DNA of 36,276 nucleotides, taken from positions 1-36,276 of IMG/VR virus record IMGVR_UViG_3300027373_000206; one strand, 5' to 3'. Position numbers and translations under genes: made by a program. Positions within the stretch are counted from its first letter, which is position 1, and every line of letters begins with the position of its first letter. This document shows positions 27,156-36,118 of the stretch, one piece after another. Source of the DNA: a virus (lineage: Duplodnaviria; Caudoviricetes). The notes under the pieces were generated by a model. It did no database searches. It was not told the DNA's origin and saw only the letters and a program-made list of their open reading frames with translations.

Positions 27156-27481
27156 AAGCTTCTTTTTTTATTGTATTTAATATTGCTAAAGGTCCTAGAT
27201 GCATATTTTTTAGGTTGCAAGCCTCGTAAAACAGCTCTTTGTGCTGCAATGGATCTATAAAGAGTTTGAGAGCTGACACCGTATATCTTGCTTACTTGCT
27301 GAAATAGTATCTTTTTTTTGCACTTTGGATACATACTTTTCAGTGATTCAGTGACGTCGTAAAAAAAAATCGACCTTTCCTGAAGACTTTTGATTATCGT
27401 GTATTCATTAATTTTAGAGTAACAATAATCTCTTATCTCCTTTTTAAGTTTTATTATATTTATTGCCTTGACTGATACCAT
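27152..27481 (-). CDS. Hypothetical basic HTH-like protein (start uncertain)
   Basis: QQVSKIYGVSSQTLYR HTH-like; ATGA overlap with the next gene. Confidence 0.45.
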   Translation of the reverse strand: MVSVKAINIIKLKKEIRDYCYSKINEYTIIKSLQERSIFFYDVTESLKSMYPKCKKKILFQQVSKIYGVSSQTLYRSIAAQRAVLRGLQPKKYASRTFSNIKYNKKRSL

Positions 27482-27762
27482 GATACTCTATTACTAGTTG
27501 CAGCTGCAGTTTCTAATTCAATTCTTGATATCCTAATTTTCATGTTGGATTCTCCGTCTTTGATCTCTTTGATCAGTCCCTCTTTAATCCATCTATCAAC
27601 TACTCTCCGTGAGTACATTTTATATGCTTGTGACTTGGAAACATAAGGAGAAAGCACCCCAGCTGAAGCCATTGCTTTCTGTGCAGCAATTGTTGCAACT
27701 TCGAGCATCATATTTCTCAGCTCAAGTACTTCTAACTCTATTATGTTTCCTTTAATAGTCAT
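27460..27762 (-). CDS. Excisionase-like winged-HTH protein (100 aa)
   Basis: SKSQAYKMYSRRVVDRWIKEGLI...RISR. Confidence 0.55.
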   Translation of the reverse strand: MTIKGNIIELEVLELRNMMLEVATIAAQKAMASAGVLSPYVSKSQAYKMYSRRVVDRWIKEGLIKEIKDGESNMKIRISRIELETAAATSNRVSWYQSRQ

Positions 27763-27763
27763 A

Positions 27764-28168
27764 CTAGATTAAGTCAAAGGTTGATTCGTCTTTTTTGATA
27801 GTTCTGAAGGTGTAGTTACGACATACTTTATTGCGTGTATTGGGCCTAATAAAGTCTGTAAATGATGAGAACTCACTAGGTAGAATAATAATGAGTAGTG
27901 TTAGAGATATGAGCTTTTTCTTTAGCGGATTTAAGCTGGCAGGTATAGAAAAGTGAGATACAAAATACCAAGCTGATAGCTCATTCACTTTCTGAATTCT
28001 TAATTTTTCGTAGATGCCCCTAACAATATTCTCAACAGTTCGAATAGCGATAGGCTTTCGACCTGGTTTTAATGGAAGCAAATCTGGAATCTCCTTTTTT
28101 GAAGCACCCCAAGCAAGAAGTTCTGCTACTTGCTCTTCCCTTTTAGTGAGTTTTATTGTATCTGACAT
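27764..28168 (-). CDS. LuxR-type HTH regulator (134 aa)
   Basis: LTKREEQVAELLAWGASKKEI...RTVE....IYEKL. Confidence 0.8.
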   Translation of the reverse strand: MSDTIKLTKREEQVAELLAWGASKKEIPDLLPLKPGRKPIAIRTVENIVRGIYEKLRIQKVNELSAWYFVSHFSIPASLNPLKKKLISLTLLIIILPSEFSSFTDFIRPNTRNKVCRNYTFRTIKKDESTFDLI

Positions 28169-28190
28169 GGCGAAATCTATTATTGATTAA

Positions 28191-28412
28191 TTATTCTCCC
28201 CAGATATCTTCAATATTGTATTGCTTGAATATCTGATTTATCGCATCGTACTCAGAAACTTTGGGTTCAACATTTCCCTTTAAACGATCAATCCATGTTG
28301 TATAGGCAGTAATACTAAGCGCATTCATTATAGCTTGTCTTACTATTTTTACTTTCCCTTTTGGAATTTGATTTAATCCTTTTTCAAAGGAATATTTATT
28401 CACTCCACTCAT
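28191..28412 (-). CDS. Cro-like regulator (73 aa)
   Basis: First gene divergent from the repressor; small and HTH-like. Confidence 0.6.
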   Translation of the reverse strand: MSGVNKYSFEKGLNQIPKGKVKIVRQAIMNALSITAYTTWIDRLKGNVEPKVSEYDAINQIFKQYNIEDIWGE

Positions 28413-28480
28413 TTTGAGTATTTTTTGTTATTTTTTTTATATATTTAAATCGTAGATTTGTTTTGTTTTTCCGTAATATA

Positions 28481-28528
28481 TTAGCAAATATAAGCATAAA
28501 ATTAGCACTTACAAGAATATTGCTAATT
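28481..28528 (-). promoter_or_regulatory. Early lytic promoter and putative operators
   Basis: TTG (28514-28512), 19 nt, then TATATTTG (28492-28485) fits the Bacteroidota -33/-7 consensus. Inverted repeat AATTAGCA-N13-TGCTAATT at 28500-28528. Confidence 0.65.
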
Positions 28529-28553
28529 ATTTTGCAAAATTTTTTTAAAGAAT

Positions 28554-29090
28554 ATGGATGGTACTGATATCAAGAATTTTAGAAAGATTAATAAATTGTC
28601 TCAAAAAGACTTGGCAGCCATTTTTAATTGTAATCAGAGTTTTATTTCTCAATTAGAGAATAATGAAAGGCCTATTCCAAATGATTTTATTAGCACATTA
28701 TTAGCATTAGGAAGTTATGATGTGTCAATGTTTGCAAAAGATAATGATTCAAAAAAAGTTAAAGAAGCTACTATAGATCAAAGTGTTGCTGCTTTAATTA
28801 ATATGATGCAGCAATTAATTGACAACAATCAAATAATTGCAGAAAGCAACAAGATCTTAGCACAGAACAATAGCAAAACTGTTGATAGTCTAAATTTAAT
28901 ATCTCAGAGCAACAAATCTCTAGCTGATAGCACTTCTCAAACCGCAAAAAGTTTTGAAAGTATATCGGAGAGCAATTTAAAATTAACAGAAACTAATCAA
29001 CTCCTTGTTAAATCAAACTCTGACTTGGTTTCAAAATTGAAGGCAGGAAGGATGGATGTTCAGGATGCAGAATGTGCAGATGTAGGGTAA
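28554..29090 (+). CDS. XRE-family phage repressor with coiled-coil C-terminus (178 aa)
   Basis: LSQKDLAAIFNCNQSFISQLENNER HTH; divergent position. Confidence 0.85.
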   Translation: MDGTDIKNFRKINKLSQKDLAAIFNCNQSFISQLENNERPIPNDFISTLLALGSYDVSMFAKDNDSKKVKEATIDQSVAALINMMQQLIDNNQIIAESNKILAQNNSKTVDSLNLISQSNKSLADSTSQTAKSFESISESNLKLTETNQLLVKSNSDLVSKLKAGRMDVQDAECADVG

Positions 29091-29320
29091 TGAACGTAGG
29101 GACTATATCTTACGTAATTAAAAAATATTGATAGTATTTTGATAGTTATCAGAATACTAATGTGAAAAAAATTGCAGAAAAACTTTGCTCCGGCTTTAAG
29201 CTAAATTGTACCATTTTATTGCTCCAAATAGCATGAATTATGATTATGATAAGTGGTTATGCTTGTCTGTACATTAATTTATGTGGTAATTTGACTTAAC
29301 TCAAACTAAACTATAAAAAT

Positions 29321-29758
29321 ATGAGAATTACTTTATGCGCAATCCTGGCATTTCTTGTCATCGGATGCTCGCCTTCTAATGAAAAGAAGGCCCAAAAACT
29401 AATTGCTGCAGAATTAAAGCAATCCCTTAACGATTATTCTTCTTATGAATCAGTAAGCTATGGAACATTAGATTCTGTGTTTAATTCATTACTTGAAGAC
29501 ACGGTTTATTTCTCAAAAAAGATGGATCTTGAAAGATATCAAGTTTTAGTTCCGATTGAACCTAAATATCAAGATAGCATCAATGCTCTTAAACCTTATG
29601 TAGACAGTGTTGAACAAGCATTCAAACCGAAGTTAGTAGGCTGGAGAATGAGTCATAAGTTTAGAAGCAATAATGCCTTGGGTGCAAAAGTGCTAGGAGA
29701 ATATCTATTTTTCTTCGATACAGAGCTAACTAAAATTACTGAAACTAAAACTAATTAA
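29321..29758 (+). CDS. Lipoprotein (145 aa)
   Basis: Signal peptide with lipobox LVIG-C. Confidence 0.8.
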   Translation: MRITLCAILAFLVIGCSPSNEKKAQKLIAAELKQSLNDYSSYESVSYGTLDSVFNSLLEDTVYFSKKMDLERYQVLVPIEPKYQDSINALKPYVDSVEQAFKPKLVGWRMSHKFRSNNALGAKVLGEYLFFFDTELTKITETKTN

Positions 29759-29777
29759 TAATCTAAATTATATCCCC

Positions 29778-29987
29778 ATGTATAAACATTACTATATTAA
29801 TACCAATGCTCAACTCACTGGAGAGCATGAGGTACATGAAGATGGATGTTATTGGTTATCACTTGTTGTCAATAAAAAGTATTTAGGATTGCATGAAAAT
29901 TGCCAAGAAGCAGTCCAGCAAGCTAGATGGTTAGGGTATAAACCTGATGGATGTTATTATTGCTGCAATCCTTGTCATAAAAGGTAA
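29778..29987 (+). CDS. Small His/Cys metal-binding protein (69 aa)
   Basis: HEVH..GC...C...DGCYYCC.PCH. Confidence 0.75.
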   Translation: MYKHYYINTNAQLTGEHEVHEDGCYWLSLVVNKKYLGLHENCQEAVQQARWLGYKPDGCYYCCNPCHKR

Positions 29988-29990
29988 AAA

Positions 29991-30338
29991 TTGAAAGATA
30001 TGTATAGTACTAATATTACTTATGATAAAAAACGCCTAGAGCTTAATATAACAAATGAAGAACTTGCTCAATATATTGAAGATGTGTTGTCGCAAATAAG
30101 TGATGAAATTTTTGAATGTTCTACATTTCAATATTTGCTTATTAATTATTTATCATCTAAAAATGCTTTCAAAACTGAGCCAAATACAGAATATAAGCAA
30201 ATCATTTTTGTTCAAACAGATTTGGTTAGAATTAATAAAATTCTTTGGAAACTTATTCTTGAAAATAGAATAGGAATTGATTTGCTTCAAGATTTTGGTA
30301 GTAGTAATAACCCTCGATTAATATTATTTAAGAATTAA
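29991..30338 (+). CDS. Hypothetical protein (likely start ATG 30000)
   Basis: ORF in the accessory array. Confidence 0.6.
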   Translation: MKDMYSTNITYDKKRLELNITNEELAQYIEDVLSQISDEIFECSTFQYLLINYLSSKNAFKTEPNTEYKQIIFVQTDLVRINKILWKLILENRIGIDLLQDFGSSNNPRLILFKN

Positions 30339-30360
30339 TATTTTAACAAGTTTCGAATAT

Positions 30361-31437
30361 ATGAGTACTTCAACGTTTTCTTTGCAAAAAGACTTCGAAT
30401 TAGAAGAGTTGTGTAATTATTTGTCAAAAGATAAAATTGAAAATTTTACAATTAATGAGTTGCACGAAATAGCTTTATTTCAAAAAAATAAAATTGAGGA
30501 ACAAAAAAAAGAGATAAGGAATTTACAAAATTCATATAGAAAATTAAGTTTGAAACAAAATGTATTTGAAAATATTGAGATACCTAATTTTGTAGCAATT
30601 GATTTTGAAACGGCAACTTCTGATAGAATGGCATGTCAACTTGGAATTGTTGTCGTTAATGATTATAAAATCACTGAAGAATTACGTTTCTATATACAAC
30701 CTCCAAACAATACTTACCATTATCATAATATGGCTAGTAATTTCGTAAAACCTTCAGATACCGAATTTAGCCCAACATTTTTAGAACTATGGCCAACAAT
30801 TAAACACTATTTTGAAAATCAATATGTTGTTGCCCATAATACGACATTTGATATTGGAGTACTTTTGGTGAATTGTTCTTATTACAATATTCCAGAACCT
30901 AAACTAAACAATATTATTTGTACATGTGAGATGCATAATATGACAAATTTGGTTGATGCATGTGGTTTTTATGGACTATCAATTAACAAACATCATGACG
31001 CGTTAGAAGATGCAAGGGCGTGCGCTTTATTATTGATAAAATACATGGAGCTTTCGCAGGTAATTAGTTGTAAAAAGAAAATCATTTCCAAAGAAAGTGA
31101 TAAAAACTTAATATTTACAAGTAAGGAAAGAAAATTATCTTCAGCTGCTAAAAAGCAAGATTTAACGAATGTAGTTGATAAAAATAATTTTTTCTATGAT
31201 AAAAAAGTAGTTATATCTGGTACTTTTAAATCATTTGAAATGAGAGAAGATCTTGCTCTAAAGCTAAAAGGATTAGGTGCTGACATTAATACTTCCATTT
31301 CCAAAAAGACAAATATTTTTATTTATGGAGAAGATTTTGGTCCTGTTAAAATGAATAAAGTAAATGAGTTAATTAATAGTGGTACTGATATTATTTTAAT
31401 TAATGAAGAAAATCTCCTTAAATTATTAAACACTTAA
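30361..31437 (+). CDS. DEDDh 3'-5' exonuclease fused to a BRCT domain (358 aa)
   Basis: AIDFET, AHN..FD and HHDALEDA; BRCT VVISG...GA...ISKKT...GP.K. Confidence 0.88.
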   Translation: MSTSTFSLQKDFELEELCNYLSKDKIENFTINELHEIALFQKNKIEEQKKEIRNLQNSYRKLSLKQNVFENIEIPNFVAIDFETATSDRMACQLGIVVVNDYKITEELRFYIQPPNNTYHYHNMASNFVKPSDTEFSPTFLELWPTIKHYFENQYVVAHNTTFDIGVLLVNCSYYNIPEPKLNNIICTCEMHNMTNLVDACGFYGLSINKHHDALEDARACALLLIKYMELSQVISCKKKIISKESDKNLIFTSKERKLSSAAKKQDLTNVVDKNNFFYDKKVVISGTFKSFEMREDLALKLKGLGADINTSISKKTNIFIYGEDFGPVKMNKVNELINSGTDIILINEENLLKLLNT

Positions 31438-31449
31438 ATATGTAGAGTT

Positions 31450-31737
31450 ATGGTAATTAAAATTGACAGATCAGATTTGTATTATAAAGATTATTCTTGG
31501 ACCGTTTATAGGGGTGATGATCCAAAAATTACTGGATATCCAGATGATGAATTACTAAATAGAAAAGAAGGGTATGAAATATTAGCATTTATTAATATGT
31601 ATGCTGAAAAACATTGGTTAGTAAACAAGCAACACTGCCTTAAAGTTGAGAGAATGATAAGACTTTATCTTCCTGAAAATATAAGATCGAGAAAAGAAAT
31701 TTCTAAATGGATTGAAAGTAATTGGCATAATTATTAA
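31450..31737 (+). CDS. Hypothetical protein (95 aa)
   Basis: ORF in the accessory array. Confidence 0.7.
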   Translation: MVIKIDRSDLYYKDYSWTVYRGDDPKITGYPDDELLNRKEGYEILAFINMYAEKHWLVNKQHCLKVERMIRLYLPENIRSRKEISKWIESNWHNY

Positions 31738-31765
31738 ATAGGACATAAATCATTAGAATTAATAT

Positions 31766-31924
31766 ATGAGCGAAATACTTGACCCCACTAAATACATTCC
31801 CATCGAACTGTATCTGAAATCACAACAACAAGTTGATGAGCTTCTAAAAATGCAGGTAGAAGCTCAAAAGAAAATTGATGAGTTAATCAAAATGATTGCT
31901 GATTATCAAAATGTCAAAATATAG
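31766..31924 (+). CDS. Small coiled-coil protein (52 aa)
   Basis: MSEILDPTKYIPIELYLKSQQQVDELLKMQVEAQKKIDELIKMIADYQNVKI; a second, decayed copy keeps a similar peptide. Confidence 0.6.
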   Translation: MSEILDPTKYIPIELYLKSQQQVDELLKMQVEAQKKIDELIKMIADYQNVKI

Positions 31925-31939
31925 TTATCTCTATACTTT

Positions 31940-32917
31940 ATGGAATATAATAAAGAGCACAATACGATATATATCATTGGAAATGGATTTGATTTAGCCC
32001 ATAATCTTAAAACATCATATTTAGATTTTTTTGCGGCATTAATATTCAAAACATTGAATTTTGACGTTAATTTTGACAGATATACTAGTGTTGATAGTAT
32101 TGATACAGATCATCCATTAATTAAAGAGGCATTAACTAAAATAAATAATAAATTTTTATCTCATAATATTTCTGAGTACAATACATACAAATGGATGGAT
32201 ATCGAACACTCGTTCTTTAAAAATTTGTATAGCATAATTAAAACAAATGCCGTTGAAAAAAATATCTATGATGAAATAAATAAGTTAAATATTGATTTTG
32301 AATATGTTAAAAGCGAATTGTATAATTATATTTCTCAAGTTAATAAAACAATAGATTCTAGCATAAAAGTTAAAGGAATTGCGACAAAATTTTTCCTTAC
32401 TAAATCATTAAAAAGAAATTTTGCTATAAATTTTAATTATACTAATACGATATTAAATTATAAACCAGATATGTATGTTGGTAAAACTGATTCTGACTTA
32501 GAAATAATCCACATTAATGGTAAGGTTTATAAGATTGAAAATGAAAACTATAATGATAATTATACAAATATAGTTTTTGGATTTGGTGATGAATATAGTG
32601 AAAGCTTCAATACAATTAAAGAGTACCACACTGCTTTGAAATATTATAAATCAATTGAATACTCTATACGCCCTGAATTTAGTAGAATTAATGAAATATT
32701 AACAGAGCCATATAATTTAGTCATTATGGGACATTCATGTGGTATTTCAGATAGGACGCTATTGTCAATGTTGACAAATAGTAAGAATCTTAGAAAGATT
32801 GTTATTTATTGTACAGACAGGAATGATAATTACGAAAGATTACTCTACCTTAAACAATCAACAGAGAATGGTAGAATCTTTAGAGGTACAGAAATTGATA
32901 AAGGACTATGTGACTAA
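31940..32917 (+). CDS. abiH: AbiH-family abortive infection protein (SIR2-like fold, 325 aa)
   Basis: IIGNGFDL, W.DIE, NFNYT, HING, FGFGDE and MGHS motifs. Confidence 0.85.
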   Translation: MEYNKEHNTIYIIGNGFDLAHNLKTSYLDFFAALIFKTLNFDVNFDRYTSVDSIDTDHPLIKEALTKINNKFLSHNISEYNTYKWMDIEHSFFKNLYSIIKTNAVEKNIYDEINKLNIDFEYVKSELYNYISQVNKTIDSSIKVKGIATKFFLTKSLKRNFAINFNYTNTILNYKPDMYVGKTDSDLEIIHINGKVYKIENENYNDNYTNIVFGFGDEYSESFNTIKEYHTALKYYKSIEYSIRPEFSRINEILTEPYNLVIMGHSCGISDRTLLSMLTNSKNLRKIVIYCTDRNDNYERLLYLKQSTENGRIFRGTEIDKGLCD

Positions 32918-33030
32918 TTGAACTTTAGTCAAAAGTTGATGAACTTTTAAAAAATACAAGTAAATCTCAGGAGAAAATTGATGAGTTGATTAAGATTGTT
33001 GCCGAATATCAAAATGTCAAAATATTGTAA
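32917..33030 (+). pseudogene. Decayed copy of the 52-aa mini-ORF
   Basis: KVDELLKNTSKSQEKIDELIKIVAEYQNVKIL*; no start codon, in-frame TAG at 32926. Confidence 0.75.
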
Positions 33031-33033
33031 AAG

Positions 33034-33426
33034 ATGGATGCTTTATCAGAACAAGATGCTAAAATATTGGACTTAATTCTAAATCAAGATCATTCACTGT
33101 CTTATATAGGCGATCCTGAACTTGGTGAAACGTTTTTCGACGAGAATAAATTATACATAGATTATCTAGCCTCTTTGGGGTGTATTAATAAGCATGCTGA
33201 TCATTTATATTCTATTAAACCTATTGGCAAATTATTCATAGAAGGCGGAGGCTTTACAAGAGCCTGGAAAGAAAAAGAGGAACAGTTAGAATTATTAAAA
33301 AGTCAATCTATCCTTACAAAAAAGGAAATTAAAAATATTACATATTCTAAACGAATTTCAGTAATAGCAATATTAGTTTCTGCTATAGCTGCAATTTTTT
33401 CTATACTTCAATACTTCAAAAAATAA
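33034..33426 (+). CDS. Membrane-anchored protein, wHTH-like N-terminus plus C-terminal TM (130 aa)
   Basis: YL...G.I...Y.I...G..F...GGF pattern, coiled coil, terminal hydrophobic helix. Confidence 0.65.
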   Translation: MDALSEQDAKILDLILNQDHSLSYIGDPELGETFFDENKLYIDYLASLGCINKHADHLYSIKPIGKLFIEGGGFTRAWKEKEEQLELLKSQSILTKKEIKNITYSKRISVIAILVSAIAAIFSILQYFKK

Positions 33427-33459
33427 ACTTAACCTAAAATAACACTTAAACTAAATTTT

Positions 33460-34356
33460 ATGGCAACAAAAGAAAGGCAAGTCGAATATTATGTAATTGA
33501 AAAAAAATTTTGGGAAAATAGTGATAAGCCAAATGTTGAAGAGCCCTTTCATGAAATAATAGACATATTAAGTGAAGTGGTACAATTTGAGCTAATTGAT
33601 AAAATGTATCAGTTAAAAAAAGACAAATCCGCTTATTTATGTTTTTTTAAACAAGAAACTAATTTAAATTCTAAAATTTTCACAGGACTATTTAAAAGTG
33701 GGGTTAAAAATTACAGACCTGATTTAATGGATATTTTAACAGGAGCTGAAAGATCAAATCCTAAAGGATGGAATGAAGCAGATGCAGAATTAACCCATTT
33801 TTGTATTAAAATATGTCAAAAAGAGATTGTTTTGTTATTAGAAAAAAATGGTAACGGAATTACTATAAATCAATTTATAAATTATGTAAAAAACTTTCTT
33901 AGACAAGTAGCAAAAAGAAATAATGAAAATGTAAAGTATTCTATAATAACTTCTCAAATTCCTAAAGACAATTTTTTTGATGAACTTGCAAAATTAAAAA
34001 GAACACAAATTGCGGAAATATATGTAGATAAATCTATATTAGGTAAAGGAGCATTGGAATTTGCAAATAGAACTACAACAGTGAAAAATGATGTTGTATT
34101 AACGATGAAGGCGCAACCTAATGAATCAATTACTGATACACTTATGGAGATTGGTAAAAAAATTGGGAGAGTGGATTATGGGATAAGAAAAATTCGTATC
34201 TTTGGAAAAGATGGAGATAACCACAAAGTTGCTTTTGACTCTAGTTTTTTAACTAAGAAAAGCATTATCGAAGCAGAATTAAATCCAAGTACAGGCGTGG
34301 TTATAACCCCGAATATATTAACTGAATTAACGTATTTAGCTGAGCAAATCAAATGA
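33460..34356 (+). CDS. Hypothetical soluble alpha/beta protein (298 aa), candidate defence component
   Basis: ATGA-coupled to a 4TM gene. Confidence 0.7.
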   Translation: MATKERQVEYYVIEKKFWENSDKPNVEEPFHEIIDILSEVVQFELIDKMYQLKKDKSAYLCFFKQETNLNSKIFTGLFKSGVKNYRPDLMDILTGAERSNPKGWNEADAELTHFCIKICQKEIVLLLEKNGNGITINQFINYVKNFLRQVAKRNNENVKYSIITSQIPKDNFFDELAKLKRTQIAEIYVDKSILGKGALEFANRTTTVKNDVVLTMKAQPNESITDTLMEIGKKIGRVDYGIRKIRIFGKDGDNHKVAFDSSFLTKKSIIEAELNPSTGVVITPNILTELTYLAEQIK

Positions 34357-34850
34357 AACTGATTATTCTTATTTTTGATTTTTTCAAAACTAGAAAGAGT
34401 TCTTATGTGCTTTCATTAGCTGTATGCGCATTTATTTCAGCTTTTATTGCATATATATTAGAACCATCTGCTTTTAAAAATTATGTTGGGGATTTTAGGT
34501 CAAGCATACTAACTGTTACTGGTATTTTACTTGGATTCACTATTTCTCAATTAGCAATTTTTATATCTGGAGGAAATCAAAATATTGAGTTATCAAAATC
34601 ATACGATATAGGAGTCGAATTGTGGAATAGAAAAATTTCGTTATTTGATAAAATTATCATTACTCTTTGTTATTTGATTGTAGTTCAAATACTAACTCTT
34701 TTAATAACATTTATTTTCCCTTTGTTTATTAGTGATGATTGCGTAAATAGTATATATCTACATTGCTTTATTTTATTTTTAGTTATACATTCTCTATTTA
34801 TGATAATTAGTATAGCGTTAGATTTTTACTTAATAGTTTCAAAAAAATAA
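34353..34850 (+). CDS. Four-TM membrane protein (165 aa)
   Basis: Four hydrophobic helices, GILLGFTI motif. Confidence 0.75.
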   Translation: MKLIILIFDFFKTRKSSYVLSLAVCAFISAFIAYILEPSAFKNYVGDFRSSILTVTGILLGFTISQLAIFISGGNQNIELSKSYDIGVELWNRKISLFDKIIITLCYLIVVQILTLLITFIFPLFISDDCVNSIYLHCFILFLVIHSLFMIISIALDFYLIVSKK

Positions 34851-34869
34851 AGAAAGATTGTTACGCTCT

Positions 34870-36084
34870 TTATTGTTCCTCTCGAAATAAAGTCAAAACC
34901 TTTTGATTTGCCCGATCTATTCGGGCGAAATCTTTTTGGATATATCCTGAAGTTACTTTGTGTTCTGAAACGTGATTAAGGCAAAAAGCAGCTTCCGATT
35001 CAGATCCTTCGCACTCGTTCACGAATAATGTCGCCCAAGTGTGTCGTGCAGCATAATATTGCAGGTCTTCTACTCCGATTGCTTTTCCAATAGGCTTGAG
35101 ATATTCATTTATGTATTTATTGAAATTTTGGGCTGTAGAATAACGCTGGTGGAAGTATAAGAGTCTCTCTCCAGAAGGATCGATGTATTTTTGGAGGATA
35201 TCCATTGCCGGTTGTTCAATTTTTATTGAGATCCTTGCGTTATCTTTTCTTTGAGCTTTTGTTTTTGAGCGATTGTATGTTATTCGGCCATGATCAATTT
35301 TTGTAAGATTAAAGAGATCTTTTGAATTTATACCAACTAAGTAAAAGGAGAGAAGAAATACATCTTTCCCTAATTGGACTGTTTCTTTCTCTGGTTGATA
35401 GTTGATCAAAGCTTTCATTTGTTCTAAAGTTAAAGCTCTCTTAGCTGGTTCCCCTGATTCAGGGATAGTAAAATATTTAAAAGGGTTTTTTCTAATTAAC
35501 ACAATATCGTTGTATTCGTCATTATACCGCTTTATGGCAGTGTTAAATAATGAGCGTAAATTTGAAAAATATAATGCTCTACCTCTGCTACCTGTTCCGT
35601 TTAAATTAAGCCATTTATCAAAATCGGACAAGAATCCTGGAGTGATCTGATCAAAAGTTAAGTTTCTATTTCCACAAAATGCCAATATCTTCCGGAGAGT
35701 AATTTTATAGTTATTTACAGAAGCTTTGCCAAAAGATTCCCATTCTTCTAATGTTGCTTCAGCAAATTCAATAAAATTTAAACTTTTTGTTTGTTTATTG
35801 TACAATTGAGTCTGTAGAAATTCTGAAATTTCTGACGCAGTCATGTTACAGATCTTATCAAATGATGAAGTGACGATTTTTCTGGCTCTTTGAAGCTCAT
35901 CAGACGTCTGTGTTAATAAGAATATATCTTTGATAGAATAATCCTTATTTAATTGTTGTTTTACGACAAAATATGGTGTAGCAATATATGCAGTTGATCT
36001 TTTATAAGATATTCTTATATTTACATTCCAGGTCCCATCTTTCTTTTGACGTTCTGGTCTAATTACGATTTTTAACGTTATCAT
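34870..36084 (-). CDS. int: Tyrosine integrase (404 aa; likely start ATG 36084)
   Basis: Arm-binding N-terminus (KKDG...V.IRI), SAM-like domain, Y.R.KT, YAARHTWAT, LNH, VT..Y. First box reads G-I-N instead of G-x-R. Confidence 0.92.
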   Translation of the reverse strand: MITLKIVIRPERQKKDGTWNVNIRISYKRSTAYIATPYFVVKQQLNKDYSIKDIFLLTQTSDELQRARKIVTSSFDKICNMTASEISEFLQTQLYNKQTKSLNFIEFAEATLEEWESFGKASVNNYKITLRKILAFCGNRNLTFDQITPGFLSDFDKWLNLNGTGSRGRALYFSNLRSLFNTAIKRYNDEYNDIVLIRKNPFKYFTIPESGEPAKRALTLEQMKALINYQPEKETVQLGKDVFLLSFYLVGINSKDLFNLTKIDHGRITYNRSKTKAQRKDNARISIKIEQPAMDILQKYIDPSGERLLYFHQRYSTAQNFNKYINEYLKPIGKAIGVEDLQYYAARHTWATLFVNECEGSESEAAFCLNHVSEHKVTSGYIQKDFARIDRANQKVLTLFREEQ

Positions 36085-36087
36085 AAG

Positions 36088-36118
36088 TTTTGTAAAACTG
36101 TAAATTATTTGTAAAACA
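36088..36118. repeat. Direct repeat TTTTGTAAAAC x2, putative integrase arm sites
   Basis: Copies at 36088-36098 and 36108-36118, 20-bp period, next to the int start. Confidence 0.6.
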
